A DNA stretch of 55,362 nucleotides, counting the filler, from Sphacelaria rigidula (lineage: Eukaryota): NCBI GenBank assembly GCA_964200075.2. It is 6 parts of 6 records of this genome, joined end to end, with 100 filler letters (N's around TTAATTAATTAA, not from the genome) between each part and the next. Parts side by side here need not be neighbours in the genome. Positions count along the whole stretch, not along the records: positions 18,489 to 27,632 come from CAXNAA020009193.1; positions 27,733 to 36,876 come from CAXNAA020009194.1; 4 more parts are not named here. The stretch is one strand, 5' to 3'. Under the pieces are notes generated by a model. It ran no database searches, had not been told where the DNA came from, and worked only from the letters and a program-made list of their open reading frames with translations. A program made the translations under genes and the position numbers. Positions 23,103 through 35,257 of this stretch are shown one piece after another; within the stretch, counting starts at the first letter, position 1; every line of letters begins with the position of its first letter.

Positions 23103-24180
23103 GTCGTATATTCAGTGTTTCCTGGAGAATCCGGCGTGGATTGGATCATGATCAGCACTCTTGCACCGCGTCAAATGTCGTCTAACGAACTTAGCCAACT
23201 ACTTTTTTGTTCACTCGCGTACTCACGCCCTTAGACGGTGACAATCAGATACTTCGAAGGGGAAAAAAGAACCCAGGGCATCGGGAATCGAACCCCACGT
23301 TCTCTCCACTTCTTTTTTGTTGGGTACGTCTATTATGAGACCACGGCTGGACCCCTGGGGGGGTCAGTTCAAGTGCGACAATCAGTCAATCAATCAAAAA
23401 CAGCGAGAGTGGGGCATCTGTTGAATCGGCATTAATCCCACTCGAGAAGGCATGCATGGTCCAGATGGACTAAAAGGCATTCGCTGAGGGTTCATGATGA
23501 CTGTCATACCATTTTAATTTGCACCACCGAGAATCGACCCACCTACTCCCGCAATGAGAAGCGAAAGTCACCTCTGTCAATACAATTGACGCACGCACGG
23601 CCATGTGCAGCCCTTTCACGACCGACACCTCGCTAACGTACGATCGCTGCCTCAAGGGGAGAGTCTCTCTATCTGGAGCAGCAATCTGTGCGTGCTCCAC
23701 ACTTCATTCACGAACATGTACTTGAGAATGGAAGCACTCACGCAGCGTCCGCGCTTGGGCAGTGTTTCGCAAGCGCATATAACAGAGCTCTTTCTCACCA
23801 GGGGCTGATCAGGAAAGAGATATCTTTATAACTACCCTGAAATAATTAATACAAAAATATGCTGCAAACGGGGTACATCTGGCTTGTGGTGTATTCGACA
23901 GGTTACTCCAGAGTGTAATTATGCACACATATATATATTTATAAATATTTACCTCGCTGATCCTTGTATCTTGAAATGGCCAAAAAGGGACAGGGTGTGT
24001 TTTTTCACGTATCTCTTTATCTGACCATTATAGTACCCGACAAATAAAAAAAAGGTATGCCTTGTCCCCCCCCCGCCCCCTGCTTCCCTCGCGCGCGCGC
24101 TATCTTATTACTTTCGTTCGATTTTTTGTCCTTGTCCCTGATGTGTACGATGAACGTGCGTATTCCGTTGAAATTCACAG

Positions 24181-24264
24181 ACCCAGATCCCTGCACTTGA
24201 GACACGGCTGGAGGGTGTCGGTGCAAGTGAGGAGCAGTACCGCCAGCAGATACAGTCACTACAG
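24181..24264 (+). CDS. SMC4: SMC4 exon (coiled coil)
   Basis: ttcacag|ACC...CTACAG|gtttgt; 84 bp, phase 0/0; TQIPALETRLEGVGASEEQYRQQIQSLQ. Confidence 0.8.
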
Positions 24265-24911
24265 GTTTGTGGAGAATTTCTTCAACCCTTGTGATTTCAC
24301 GTGTCGGGGGTGCCTTATGATTGCACGGGGTAATTTTTTATAATTTTTTCTATGATTTTTCATAACATGAAAAACAACTACAACTTGTCCCAAAGCAAAT
24401 TTTCGTAGGGAAAAAAAAAAACAGGCGCTGGATTTTTGGAGAAATCTGTAGTCCGTCCTACATTGACCTATTTGCCTGACCTGGTTGAGAAACTTCCTGT
24501 CAAATTTTTGGGAGGTATTTGTTTTGTTTTCCGGAGAATTCGGAAAATTCGGAAAAACAGCAGACCCGTTAGTAAGACTCGTCACTATTTCCCGTTGGAA
24601 ATGTGACTTTTTTTCTTAGACGTACATGTATGTCGACCTGCGACCGCTCAAACGATCTTATGAAGAATCCTGCCATCCCTTTGACTGCGAGAAATAGGTC
24701 ACCTGTTGAATGGGCGTCAATTTTACTCGAATAATGAATGCATAGCCAGATGATCTACGTTCAGGGTCAAAGAAGAATTTGTTTACGTGTTTACGACGTG
24801 TGCGAAATGATCAACCCCATGGCCGGTTTAACGAGCTCGTTCGTTGTGTCGTGAGGTACGCATGCATATTGTGTACCATTAGTAGTGGTCTTGGTATAGC
24901 TATTGTAGTTG

Positions 24912-24944
<33 letters not shown>

Positions 24945-25435
24945 TGTTTTGCCTTTGCTGTATGTTGTTACTTGTTATTCGGCTACTGTACCCATATTTT
25001 GTGCCAATTTCACACCCTGGACAAGAGTTGTTTGGTCAATGGTTCAAATAGACAAGAATTGTACTGCGTAACGTATAGGCCTATTGCAACCATCGTCGCA
25101 TATATATGCATATATTCAGGGTCAATGATTGTAATGGAAAATAATTGTACCGCGTAAAGTATAGGCCTATTGCAACTATCGACCATACATAGTGTCAAGG
25201 GTGCGGATGTTTTCAAATTCTATTGATGTTGTGTTGCGCATGGCCTATTTTGAATGCCGCTATTATACGCATTGCTGCTGTTGTCGTTAGTTGCTCACTC
25301 CCACGTGTTGGTTGTCGATCCACTGAAAAAATTATATATCGTCGATTTTTGAAAAATATTTTCACGCCCCTTGGAATTTTTTATAAATGAATAATTAAAA
25401 CTATTATAATACATCTTAATTTTAATTATTTTCAG

Positions 25436-25522
25436 GGCCAGTGCCAGCTTTCGCCCGAGGCGCAGGCGCAGCTGGATGCACTCAACAAAGACTTGGCCAA
25501 AGATGAGAGGGCGCTAGCAAAG
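25436..25522 (+). CDS. SMC4: SMC4 exon (coiled coil)
   Basis: tttcag|GGC...GCAAAG|gtaacg; 87 bp, phase 0/0; GQCQLSPEAQAQLDALNKDLAKDERALAK. Confidence 0.85.
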
Positions 25523-25738
25523 GTAACGTGAATCCATTGCGGTCATTTGACGGTTGTCGCCACGCCCAGATCGTGAAACTGGTACACACAAGTCGACACT
25601 ACATGTAATTTTGTTTATTACATGATTATTATTACTATTTCGGCACATTCGTCCGATTTCTCGAACCCGTGGTCACAGACGTAGGCTCGTCCAGACGGAG
25701 ACTCTAGGTGGATTTTTCTCTGAGTCGAATCCCGACAG

Positions 25739-26133
25739 CAGACTTTTTCAAGGTTGTGTTTTGTAGGGTATGGAATTCCTTGCAGAAGTTACAGAAACAT
25801 TGGAAACCGATCTGGAAGTCTTACATAAATTACAAAACTGTCGGGTGCAGGTTTGAAAATCTTCCAGGAATTACAGAACCAGTCGGGTACGGTTTGGGAG
25901 GCTTGCAGAGAACCTTACTGGCAATCGGATATTTCTTCAAGGGCATACCCGCGCTCCGGGTATGGGTATACATTATGTATAGAACTCACATATCTACTGG
26001 GCAAGGGTTTGGGTATGGAAGACAAACAGAACTCACAGAAGCTGTCGGGTAGGGTATGGAGGTTGCGTAGAAAACCGTACCCGCAACCGGGGTCCTTATC
26101 AAGACCATACCTGTGTCCCTGGTAACGGTACTG
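25739..26133. repeat. Non-autonomous element with internal ~40-bp gggta.gg...cagaa subrepeats
   Basis: Starts cagactttttcaag and ends ggtactg, with recurring (c)gggta(t/c)gg and t(c)acagaa motifs. It abuts and truncates a family A copy. Confidence 0.55.
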
Positions 26134-26218
26134 CATGCCGTAGCCACATGACCGTTGATCCCGCATCCCTACAAAGCCGGGACGGAGCACGCCGGGTTTT
26201 CGCCGGACCAGGCTCGCT
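26131..26218 (-). repeat. Repeat family A partial copy
   Basis: cgcatccctacaaagccgggacggagcacgccgggttttcgccggaccaggctcgc. Confidence 0.9.
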
Positions 26219-26674
26219 CTCGGGGGGGGGCAGAGAGGGGTATTGCACACTCAAGATACGTAAGCTTTTGACATGAACTCCACCGTGACTTCACCAACCC
26301 CTTCCCCACAGAACATTAGTGCGAACCCTCTCGTCCGGTACCTATCCCTCATTCTGTCCAACGGTAAAGAAGAAATGTCGACGACAGTAACGAAAATGTT
26401 ATAAATAATTCCTTCGGTCGAATATATATTTTTTATGTTTATGTAAGAGATGAAGAAGATAACGTTTTTCGCTCACGTTGGTTGGTTGGTTGTCTCCTTT
26501 CAACTAGCCGTGGTCACATTACAGACGTAATGTATCCAAGACAAAACAAAACTAGAACACTCGCTGCAGAAAAAAAAAAGTAGAACAGAACACATATAGT
26601 AAGTAGACCAAGACGAGAAAATGAAAGGAAAGAAACGTGACACGTGTGCTATTATTGTTGTGTTTGCGTCGAAG

Positions 26675-26790
26675 GTGTCCAAGTCTCTGGAAGAAGCGGA
26701 GGCCGCCATTCAGGAGCTGCAGACCGCTATCCTGGAGGTCGGGGGAGAAAGGCTCAAAAAGGCGGCCAAGCGGGCCGATGCCGCTGCCAG
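26675..26790 (+). CDS. SMC4: SMC4 exon (coiled coil, LQ.AILEVGG.RLK motif)
   Basis: gtcgaag|GTG...GCCAG|gtgagg; VSKSLEEAEAAIQELQTAILEVGGERLKKAAKRADAAA. The I.EVGG..L motif is characteristic of SMC4. Confidence 0.9.
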
Positions 26791-26862
26791 GTGAGGGACA
26801 CAAAACGGTGATTATGTCGTTCGATTGGGATGCAGTGAGAGGTGGGTGGGGAGAGAGGGAGG

Positions 26863-27142
26863 GTGTACTCATGACCTTGCATGCCGTAGGCACAAGACCG
26901 TTGACCTCGCATCCCTACAAAGCCGGCATGCAGCACGGCGGGTTTTGCTATTAATCTCCAAGCGCGGAGCGTCGTCATGTGTTTGTTTAGCGAGTCGCTA
27001 GAAAGGTAAGCTGCATCCTGCTGAGATTGTTTGGCTTGTCTTGCATGCGTATGACAGCTTTGAATGAGTTGCTTGTTTTTCTGGTGTTGCCACTTCCAGA
27101 GACAGTTACGGGGTACACACAGCCTCACGGGAGTCTCGCCAT
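26863..27142 (-). repeat. Repeat family A near full-length copy
   Basis: Colinear with the reverse complement of 80-390. Confidence 0.85.
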
Positions 27143-27632
27143 ATACACACCACTTAATACAATCATCCCCTTTGCACGGAGTTCTTGTTCTCCACCCCGC
27201 ACAATACGATCTAGCTCGACCACCGTCTTGGTTAGCTCAAAGATCGTAAGCGAGAAAAAAGGAAATGGTAACCTAGTTGCTTAGCTTACGCATTGAGTAG
27301 TGTGTTTTAGAACTTCGTCGCCAACCGACGCCAACCCTAGTGGACGGATGGGGGGGGGTTGGGGGGGGGGTGGGGTGAGTTCCTCGCTTCCGGGTAATCC
27401 TCTGCAAAGTGCCTCTCCAAGTAGTGAGTTCTATTTGAGAGCTCTTCGCCTTCCCATCGTTGTACTATATATGGTGCACACTGCGCATCCATTAAAAAAG
27501 GAAATCATCCATGTATGTCTACACTTTTTTTTTTGTCAGCGAGCGTCGCCTCCGTTTTTTTTTTCTTCACATCGGGTATGTTTATTTTGTGTTGACCAAA
27601 ACGGGATCTTTTGGGTGTCAGTAATGTGTTGC

Positions 27633-27732
27633 NNNNNNNNNNNNNNNNNNNNNNNNNNNNNNNNNNNNNNNNNNNNTTAATTAATTAANNNNNNNNNNNN
27701 NNNNNNNNNNNNNNNNNNNNNNNNNNNNNNNN
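27633..27732. other. Artificial linker 44N-TTAATTAATTAA-44N
   Basis: Same spacer. Confidence 0.98.
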
Positions 27733-27800
27733 GGGGAAAGCACTGTTTTAGGCTTGAGCCTCATCTCGAAGTTAAACCTCAATTCTCACAATTTGTTGTT

Positions 27801-29480
27801 AAGTACGTTCTCTTGATCGTGGATCGAGCCTCTAAGTTCCCATTCGGTTTCCCACTCCAGACAAAGTAGGCTGAAAGTATAGCTCGCATCCTTGCCGAGC
27901 TAGGCTTGACATCCGGCATGCCGCAGAGAATCCGCCGTGACGGAGGAAAATATTTTAGAGCCGAGGTGGTGGTGTCGCAGACGCAAAGATGTACCTGTGT
28001 TAGACGCGCAGGGATCTCTACCAGTCGGGGACACGTTTCACACCAGACTTCGCTGGCCACCTAATTACCGTGACACTTTCACTCCGATACGGTCAAACCT
28101 ACGGTAAAAACCACTTAACACTGGTTAGATCTTGCCTGTCTTAGTCCGTAGGCAGAAGTGAAGATGTGCGCAAGCCTTTTGCTCAGCAAGTGGGTCGATC
28201 CTTGGTGGATGGTGGATGTTGTTAGCAGCAGTCAGCAAATGTGAAGTGCAATACAATAGTCGGGAGACGATTATCAGTTTGCCTTCAGAATTGGTCTTTG
28301 CTTTCGCGTGTTTTAACTTGTGACCCGGTAGGGGGCGAAGTCACACGGTATTTTTCCCAAATCATCATCAGACTGAAGAAGGTGTAGCCATGATCCAATT
28401 GCTCTATAGTCTACTATACAGGGTCATTATCCACCCTGTAACAGTGGCGCACATGTGCAGGTGGCCAAAAACAGATATTGCTTTCGGGTCCTCCGATTAC
28501 TCCAGAAGCCAAGGAGCAGTCGAGAGATTGGGGGGATGGCTACTGGACATGTCGGCAGAGCTGTGTAAGTCGTGGCCCCAGAGATGGGATGAGTATGTCT
28601 CTCCCGCACTCTGGGTCAAGCGTACCTTGCCTGACGTTTCCCTACCCTCCGGCATATCCCCGTTCAAGCTTTTGTTCGGTCAAAAGCCCCGCACGTCTCT
28701 AGGTTCGCTCATTCCCATATCTCACGAGGGGGAATCGAGCAAAGGACTGGACTCCTACGTAGAACAGCGCAGACAGAACCTCAAGGAGGTACATCTAGCG
28801 CTTGAGAAGAGGCACGCCGCGAAGGAATCGACTCGTGCGAAAATGAATGCCTCTATCATGAGACCCTCCGCCGGGGTGACTGTTAGAGAAGATCTGGTCA
28901 TGGTAAGCGAATCAGACAGCACGGTACACCGCGGCGGGAAGGGTAGGAAAGTGCAACACGGAAGGTATACGGGGCCCTGGAGAGTGAAGGAAGTACTAAT
29001 GACAGGCCTTAGCGTAGAAGTAGTCATGCAGGACCGTAAACGTCGTACACGTAGGGTAACCATCTCGAAGTTAAAACTCTTTCATGTTCGCCCGCCACAC
29101 CTTAGCCACTCCATAGCTGACGAGTTTGCTCAACACGGATGGGGTACAGATTGGAAGGTCAACACCACACCTCACCAAATCCCGAATTCATCATCTTCAT
29201 AGATCGCCGCGAGATCTACTCCACGACAGGCACGAAGCATTGGGAATAAAACGCGAGGACTTTTGGGGGGAAGGTGTCGGACTGGTTGCCTGAGAGCCAG
29301 CTTCGAGACAGATTTTTTCCTTTCGAACTAGACGTTTTCCACGCACTTTGGCACCTGTGCCGCCCCGCCGTTGCACCCCATCCGCCCTCGCACTCGAAGA
29401 AGCGCCCCTCTCCCCTGTCGCGCAGTGGTGCCTTGAAGCCTTTTTCCACAGGTTTCACCTTTTGGAAGGACTTCGGAAGT
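27801..29480 (+). mobile_element. Ty3/Gypsy integrase (DDE core, GPW motif, chromo-like tail), degenerate and split by a solo LTR
   Basis: YVLLIVDRASKFPFGFPL...IRRDGG..FRAEVV | AHMCRW...QGAVERLGGWL...WDEYVSPALW...SPFKLLFG...YTGPWRV...SDWLPESQL. Confidence 0.9.
27973..28443. mobile_element. Solo LTR (471 bp) inserted in the integrase
   Basis: TGT...ACA termini with GTGG on both flanks (27969-27972, 28444-28447). Removing it restores the frame AEVV-AHMCRW. Confidence 0.85.
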
Positions 29481-29679
29481 GACTCCGGAAGCCGCTCTGG
29501 GGATGCTCTTCTGTAACTACTGACGCCTATACTACTGGGAATAGAGCCCACGCGCCTTGGCTCATACATGTACCCGTATGTTACAAAATGGGAAACAAAC
29601 ATTATCAAGATGACAGCATGAAAAGAGAGGAATACAGGTACCTGTACGCTACAGAATGGGAGCCAGACAATACCAAAAC

Positions 29680-30264
29680 ACTAAGAAAAACTGCCCTGAT
29701 GAACTCGAAGAGTAGACCGTCTGCATCTCTGAACGACGTTTTGTGGCGGTCCTTCTCAGGAACTTCAATTTGGTGACATGCGGAGGCTAGATCTAGTTGT
29801 GTGAAATATATCTTGTCTTTGAGACCATCGAACATAGATTGTATGTCACCCAGCCCACCGCTGTCAGCAACCAAAAGCTTGTTCAGGGCACGTCAGTCGA
29901 TGCAAAGTCGCAAGGTACAGTGTTTCTTCTTGGCACAAAGACATTGCGCGGCCTAGCGGAAATTTGAGTGACGGATAACGTCGTGGTCAAGAAGCTTGTG
30001 AATTTCTTCTCTGATAATATGGCGTTCTCCCGGAGAGAAACGGCGTTGTTTCGCAGCAAAGGGTGTGCTAGCCTCATCAGTAAGTGGCAATTCTAGCTCG
30101 CCATTGATGCAGGCCGGTACCCGCTTGGGACCCGTTGGAGAGAATCGTGCTTCCACGAAATCTTGCAAACAGACGTGAAAGTTTTGCCTTCTCTGCTCCC
30201 CCAAGCTGTCCCATGTTTGCATCCGATACCCGGAACTGGCGGGGTTCTGAGAGTCGTTGATCAT
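29680..30264 (-). mobile_element. Ty3/Gypsy reverse transcriptase, N-terminal part (degenerate, truncated before YxDD)
   Basis: KQRRFSPGERHIIREEIHKLLDHDVIRHS...LRLCID*RALNKLL...YFTQLDLASACHQIEVPEKDRHKTSFRD. Confidence 0.92.
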
Positions 30265-30779
30265 TCTCGGGGTACGAAGGGGGTGTGGGTGGAGTAGGTT
30301 GGTTTACTGTTGATGGCGTGTCGTCGAAACGTGAGTGAAAGCAAGCAGGATCGCGTACATTGAGGCCCTATATTTTCCTCTGTTTACTAACTCGTAATAC
30401 ACGGGAAATCCTGATACCCACCACAACGGTGGCGATGCCTCTTACTGAACATCTCATCTTGACCTGTTTTAATCCTAACTTGCTCCTGTGTACTAGCCTT
30501 CGTAACCGTAACCGCTTCCGCATGTACTCTCTTTCATGACCCCACATGAGAAGCTGCGTCCTGTCTAGCAAATCGCACAAGTTTATTGCCCTGTTTATGT
30601 CCTGCCAAAGGTTCGGCACCCTTCTCACTATGCTCAATTTCTTCCCTCGGTTTTTGTGTTCTCGCGTCAAGCGTGCTACCTTAGAAACCCCATTAGTAGA
30701 TCCTACGGCAGTTGGTCTTTTCGCTTCTACACATTTCCCATTGCTGGGCGAGGGTCCCGGCTCTGAGCACCATCAAACA

Positions 30780-32732
30780 CCTAAGGCTAGCAATTGTTCT
30801 TCATGCTTCTTAGCCAACTGACAATCTTCTATGGAATGATTGTGCTTCAACTTGCACGGTGAATATGTGCAGCGTTCCCCTTTTTTTCCAGATTGACCAT
30901 CGTGTTTCCCGCTGCCCCTACTTCTGACCGACTACGCTTCCCGACCTCACTCGGAGATGACGATGGACCACGTGTTTCGCCGGGATGAGAAGAACGTTTT
31001 TTCGACCTTCCCCTGTCACCGCCAGCCCACTGTCTCCCCTTCAATATTTTTTAATCTGCTGACCTTGGTCAGCGAGTGTTTCTGCAAGCTGAGATGCGTT
31101 TGGCACAGCGACGGATGAAAGGTGGGTCGCGGAGGGATCGAAATTTTGAGACGCCGTCACGCGCAAGTTGTTGGTTTCACGTTTTCTCGCGCGAGCTCCG
31201 GCAACCTGGAAGCTATGTGTGGGGTCTTCATGTACCATCTCGACACTGATATGTCGCGGGAGTCCTGCTTCGAAAGCAGCCGTTTGGCTGACTTCCCGGG
31301 CGAAGCAAACTGGATGCCTACCATGTGGAGTGACTCGTGCGGCTTCTACGTGAAGGCGAGAGTGTGCTTTGGACACTTCTAGGGCGTGGGAGTCTACCGT
31401 GTGGTGGTATTTAAATTTGAGCTCCGCTATGGCTCGGGCGAGGATTGAAATGAGATTTGGCGGGGAATATAAGTTCGTATAAGCATCTACGCACGCATCC
31501 CAAGTTGCTGGGGCTCGAGTACTGAGTTCCCCTCCTTGTGCTCGAATGGCTTCGAGATACGCTCCTGTACGCCACTCCAAAGCACCGGTTTCCAGATCCG
31601 TGTTAGCGTCGAGGGTTGTGTCCCTCAGAGCTGTAAATGCTTAATACAACTGCCATCGATTATTTTCCGCGTGCACTGATCTTACGAGTCAATTTCAATT
31701 CGTGAGCGGTACTCTCGCATTATAGTAGGTTGCTAGTCCTCTTGGAGTCATTAGGATCGAGATATTTCTGCTTGAGCGTGAAACGCGGCGTATTTACTAT
31801 ACTGTCAGTAGTCTTCGATCGGGTTTGGTTTTCATGCGAGGGGGTCTGATATTGTGGCCCTTCTGGTGAATACTTTCCGACAGGCATATGAGGCGATGTT
31901 TGATGGTTGTTTATCACTCGTTGGCTCGTAGGAGAAGCATAGCCTACGTTGCTCGGGTATTCTTGGGCGGAAATCGGCGAGGCTTAAGAGTGTGTTGCGG
32001 GAGAATGATTTAGTGCAGTGAATCGAGTTGCTGCATTTTCGTTTGTTGCCCGGGACAACTGAGGTGACGTTCTTGATGCTGGTACACTGCGAGAGCTTGA
32101 CGGCATGTCATTAGTTTCACGATCTCCGTGACGGAAAGGAACCGGACCACTCCGAACTTGCTCTACCTTTGACTTTGACTGGTTTGTTACCGCACTACTG
32201 TTCACCTGGTGCACTTGCTGGACGACGTCGTGAGCAGCAGCCAGCATTCCTAGTGCTCGCAAGGCCCATTCGGGAGGACCCGCCCCTTTTTCCACGTGCT
32301 GTTTGATGTATGTCAGCGCAAGGTGAAGAGCTGCTTCCTTCAGGTGTCCTAGAGATGAGTCCGCAAAAGTGACGGTTTTGGGCGATGAGGACCTGCCAAC
32401 GCCGTCTGAATCAGCGTTCGCGACGCTGGTATTGCTTTCGTTCCTCGTGGAGGACACTAAAGCGATCTCCGCTGTCGGTGCCGGCGAGTTGCTCCTGGTT
32501 GGGGCGTTGGCCCTTTGCAGGGTGGCGTTTGGAGTCTCCGGTCCCTTGGGCTTGTCCTTTTTGTTGGCCTTTCCCTTGTCCGACGGGGAGGAAGTGGCCG
32601 AGTGAGAGGAAGTGGTTCCTTGGTGCTTCTCGGGTTGGGACTTAGAAGAGGTCCCGGCCAGAGCCGCTGCATTTACCACCTGAGCAAACGACCAAGAGGA
32701 TACGCCTACGCCTGCTGATCCGCCGCTGCTGT

Positions 32733-32770
<38 letters not shown>

Positions 32771-32775
32771 ATCAT
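30780..32775 (-). mobile_element. Gypsy gag-like region (degenerate)
   Basis: Low-complexity N-terminal ORF (31984-32775), capsid-like TWDACVDAYTNLYSP (31041-31580) and Zn-knuckle CTYSPCKLKHNHSIEDC (~30820-30875), upstream of RT on the same strand. Confidence 0.7.
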
Positions 32776-33829
32776 GATAGGATAGGCGTCGCCGTATCTA
32801 TCCTAACGAAATCTATGTATATATATATATACTCAGAGTGCCTTGCACACGTGTCTAATAAGCTGGCGTCAGCCAATGTGGAGGTCGTGAGACTCGCGGT
32901 GGACGGTAGCAACTGTCGAAGGTGGCCCATCCTTTTCCTCGTGTTATTTAGTCAAGGATTGACCGCAGTCAGGGGCTTCAGGCAGCTGGATCACTCGGCC
33001 CAGATTAGAGCAGATGAAGTCCGAAGAGAGCGAGTGATCCCCAGGGCTCGCCAGCAGTTCGCTGGAGAGATCCCTGTTCCTTTGGGGTCCCAGATCTAGC
33101 TGTACAGATATGGGAGTTTCGAAACTCCGGGCAGTGAGAACTGCACCTGTAGCGGCCGTTGAGAAGGTTACACGTCCTGGACGGAAATATCTCCGCACAT
33201 ATCAAAATGGCGATCTCCACACGTCGCTGTTTCTTTCGATTGATGTTGCTGCCTTGATGCGGTTCGTTCAAGCTTTCAACGTTTCCACCCATCACATGTT
33301 GAACTATTTCGAAATCGATGAATATGAGTAGATCCCCTCTGAACCCTCAGGCTCGGCCCTTTTGCCCTGCGGGACAGTAGTCTCCCGCTTCCAATGTTGG
33401 ACGGTCACATACAGCCTTCCGTGCTTCCTCAACATCAGCAGTTTCTGTGCCTCCTCCCGTGGGCCTACCGCAACAAGCTGTCGATCGGTAAATCAGACTC
33501 AGTCAGGTATGCTTCTCGCTTCTCGCGCATGCCTCCTCGGCGTATGATGAGCGTCGCAGGTGAATTCACCTACTACTGTTCCCGGCCAACTGCTTCCGCA
33601 ACCGGCCGTTCCTCCGCTGGATCTCCGCGGGCACAGTTCATCCCGAGCTGGATGCTGGGGGAGAGGTCACTTCGGAAGTAGTCAACAATGTGTGCCAGTG
33701 AATGAAAATATGTTAGATCATAGTCAGGCTGATCATCCTCGGGGTCAAGACGCAGTGAAAGGATACAGAATGTGGAGAAGATAGTGACTTCACCGAGTTG
33801 TGAAATCGTGAAGGAGCCCTAGGATCATT

Positions 33830-34380
33830 TCCGCATGGTGTTTAAATTCCTTACGTGGTCTGAATCGGCAGAACGGCCAACAGGATCTGTAACTGTTCAA
33901 GGCTATGATGGGGTCGTTTCTGTGCGGTGATTATATTCCCAAGTCTACGTGTTCTGACCCGCCAGAATGATCGTCAATATCTGGGCGACTGCTCAAGACT
34001 ATGATACGATCGTTTCTCCACCTCACGAGGTCTAACCCGACAGAATGTTCTAATTCCTTACGTGGTCTGAACCGGCAGAACGACCAACAGGATCGGCAAC
34101 TGTTCAAGGCTATGATGGGATTCTGTACGGTGATTAAATTCCCAAGTCTACGTGTTCTGACCCGGCAGAACGATCATCAATATCCGGGCGACTGCTCAAG
34201 ACTATGATACGATCGTTTCTGAAGTAGGCGTGGTCCAACCCGATAGAACACGGCAATCAATGCCGCCGGCTGTTTGGGACTATAATGGGATCATTACTGC
34301 ACGGTGATTGAATTCCTCACGTGGTCTAACCCGGCAGGATGGTCATCAAGATCGGCAACTACTCAAGGGACGATGACAAC
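33830..34380. repeat. Tandem array of ~85-90-bp units with a ~205-bp higher-order duplication
   Basis: cgtg(g/t)tct(g/a)a(a/c)ccggcagaa...ctg(t/c)tcaag(g/a)ctatgat repeated about six times. 33845-34050 is similar to 34053-34250. Confidence 0.85.
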
Positions 34381-34464
34381 GATTGCTCATGGTGTATGAG
34401 CATGGTGACGCGGCGATCCCACGTCGAACCATTATCAGTCCGAGGGCTTTTCAGCACCAGGCCT

Positions 34465-34774
34465 GAGGGGGGTGGGTATTATGGATCGCAGCCTAGTGGT
34501 GAGAGTTCAGTACGATGATGGGCTAGCTATTCGACTGGTGAGCCCGGAGGGCTGGCCAATGGCTGCCGGCGAGTAACGTGATCAGTGGGGGAAGGATTGC
34601 TTGTACCGGTCACGACGGCTACAGAGATGCCGCCCTACACATAGTTCGATTCTGTTCCGCAAACAATCTAGTTAAAGTCTTGAGCTCCATGGTGTTACAC
34701 CAAATCTCGAACTGATTGAGGCATCTTTCCGACGATATGTCGTGAAGCTAGTTTGATTCTCAACACCACCAACA
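34465..34774 (+). mobile_element. Putative polypurine tract plus 3' LTR
   Basis: gaggggggtggg is directly followed by tattatggatcg (eroded TG start) and a ...ccaccaaca end ~298 bp later. It sits just downstream of the tandem array. Confidence 0.5.
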
Positions 34775-34874
34775 TTAAGAAAGAGAATCGCCATGTGCTG
34801 AAGATATTATGTGTTCACTTGGATCGATTTCCCTGTTTGCTGATCACCGGTGAGATCTAGCCATGACTAGTTTG

Positions 34875-35257
34875 TAGAGCTCGGAAATGGTACCAGTTAT
34901 AACTGGCCATTATCATTATAATGGCCATAATGGTAATGGTTATATGAACATTTTAGATAATGGTTTCAAACCATTATTTACCGTTACCGGCTACGTATGC
35001 TACATACAGCCCCTGAACATTGGCCTGAATTTAACGTATTTTTCAGCCGTAATGAGCCAAATCGCGTAAAAACGTGCATCCGGCACGGCGCCTCCAGCGC
35101 GACCCCCTCTGCCGGGGGGGGCGGGGGGGGGGGCTTTTGGGCTCCCGGCTGCGCCCCTCGATGATCAAACCATTATGTACCATTTAACTGGTTAATGAGT
35201 GCACTACGCGTAATCATTCAACTGGTCAATAGTTAGACAAACCATTTCCGAGCTGTA
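34875..35257. mobile_element. hAT-like MITE
   Basis: 17-bp TIR tagagctcggaaatggt / accatttccgagctgta (1 mismatch) and 8-bp TSD ctagtttg / ctaatttg. Confidence 0.88.

Noticed and set aside
22333-23234. 247-aa PT/QPT-repeat ORF and overlapping W/G/V-rich ORFs
   Set aside because: They are products of a stop-free GGTT/GGTC microsatellite in an SMC4 intron and of the antisense strand of an SMC4 exon.
23270-23350. Minus-strand tRNA/SINE head (B-box-like ggttcgattccc)
   Set aside because: The A box is poor and overlaps a retroposon tail, so support is insufficient.
24257-24264. CACTA terminus (cactacag)
   Set aside because: It is the 3' end of an SMC4 exon followed by the gt donor.
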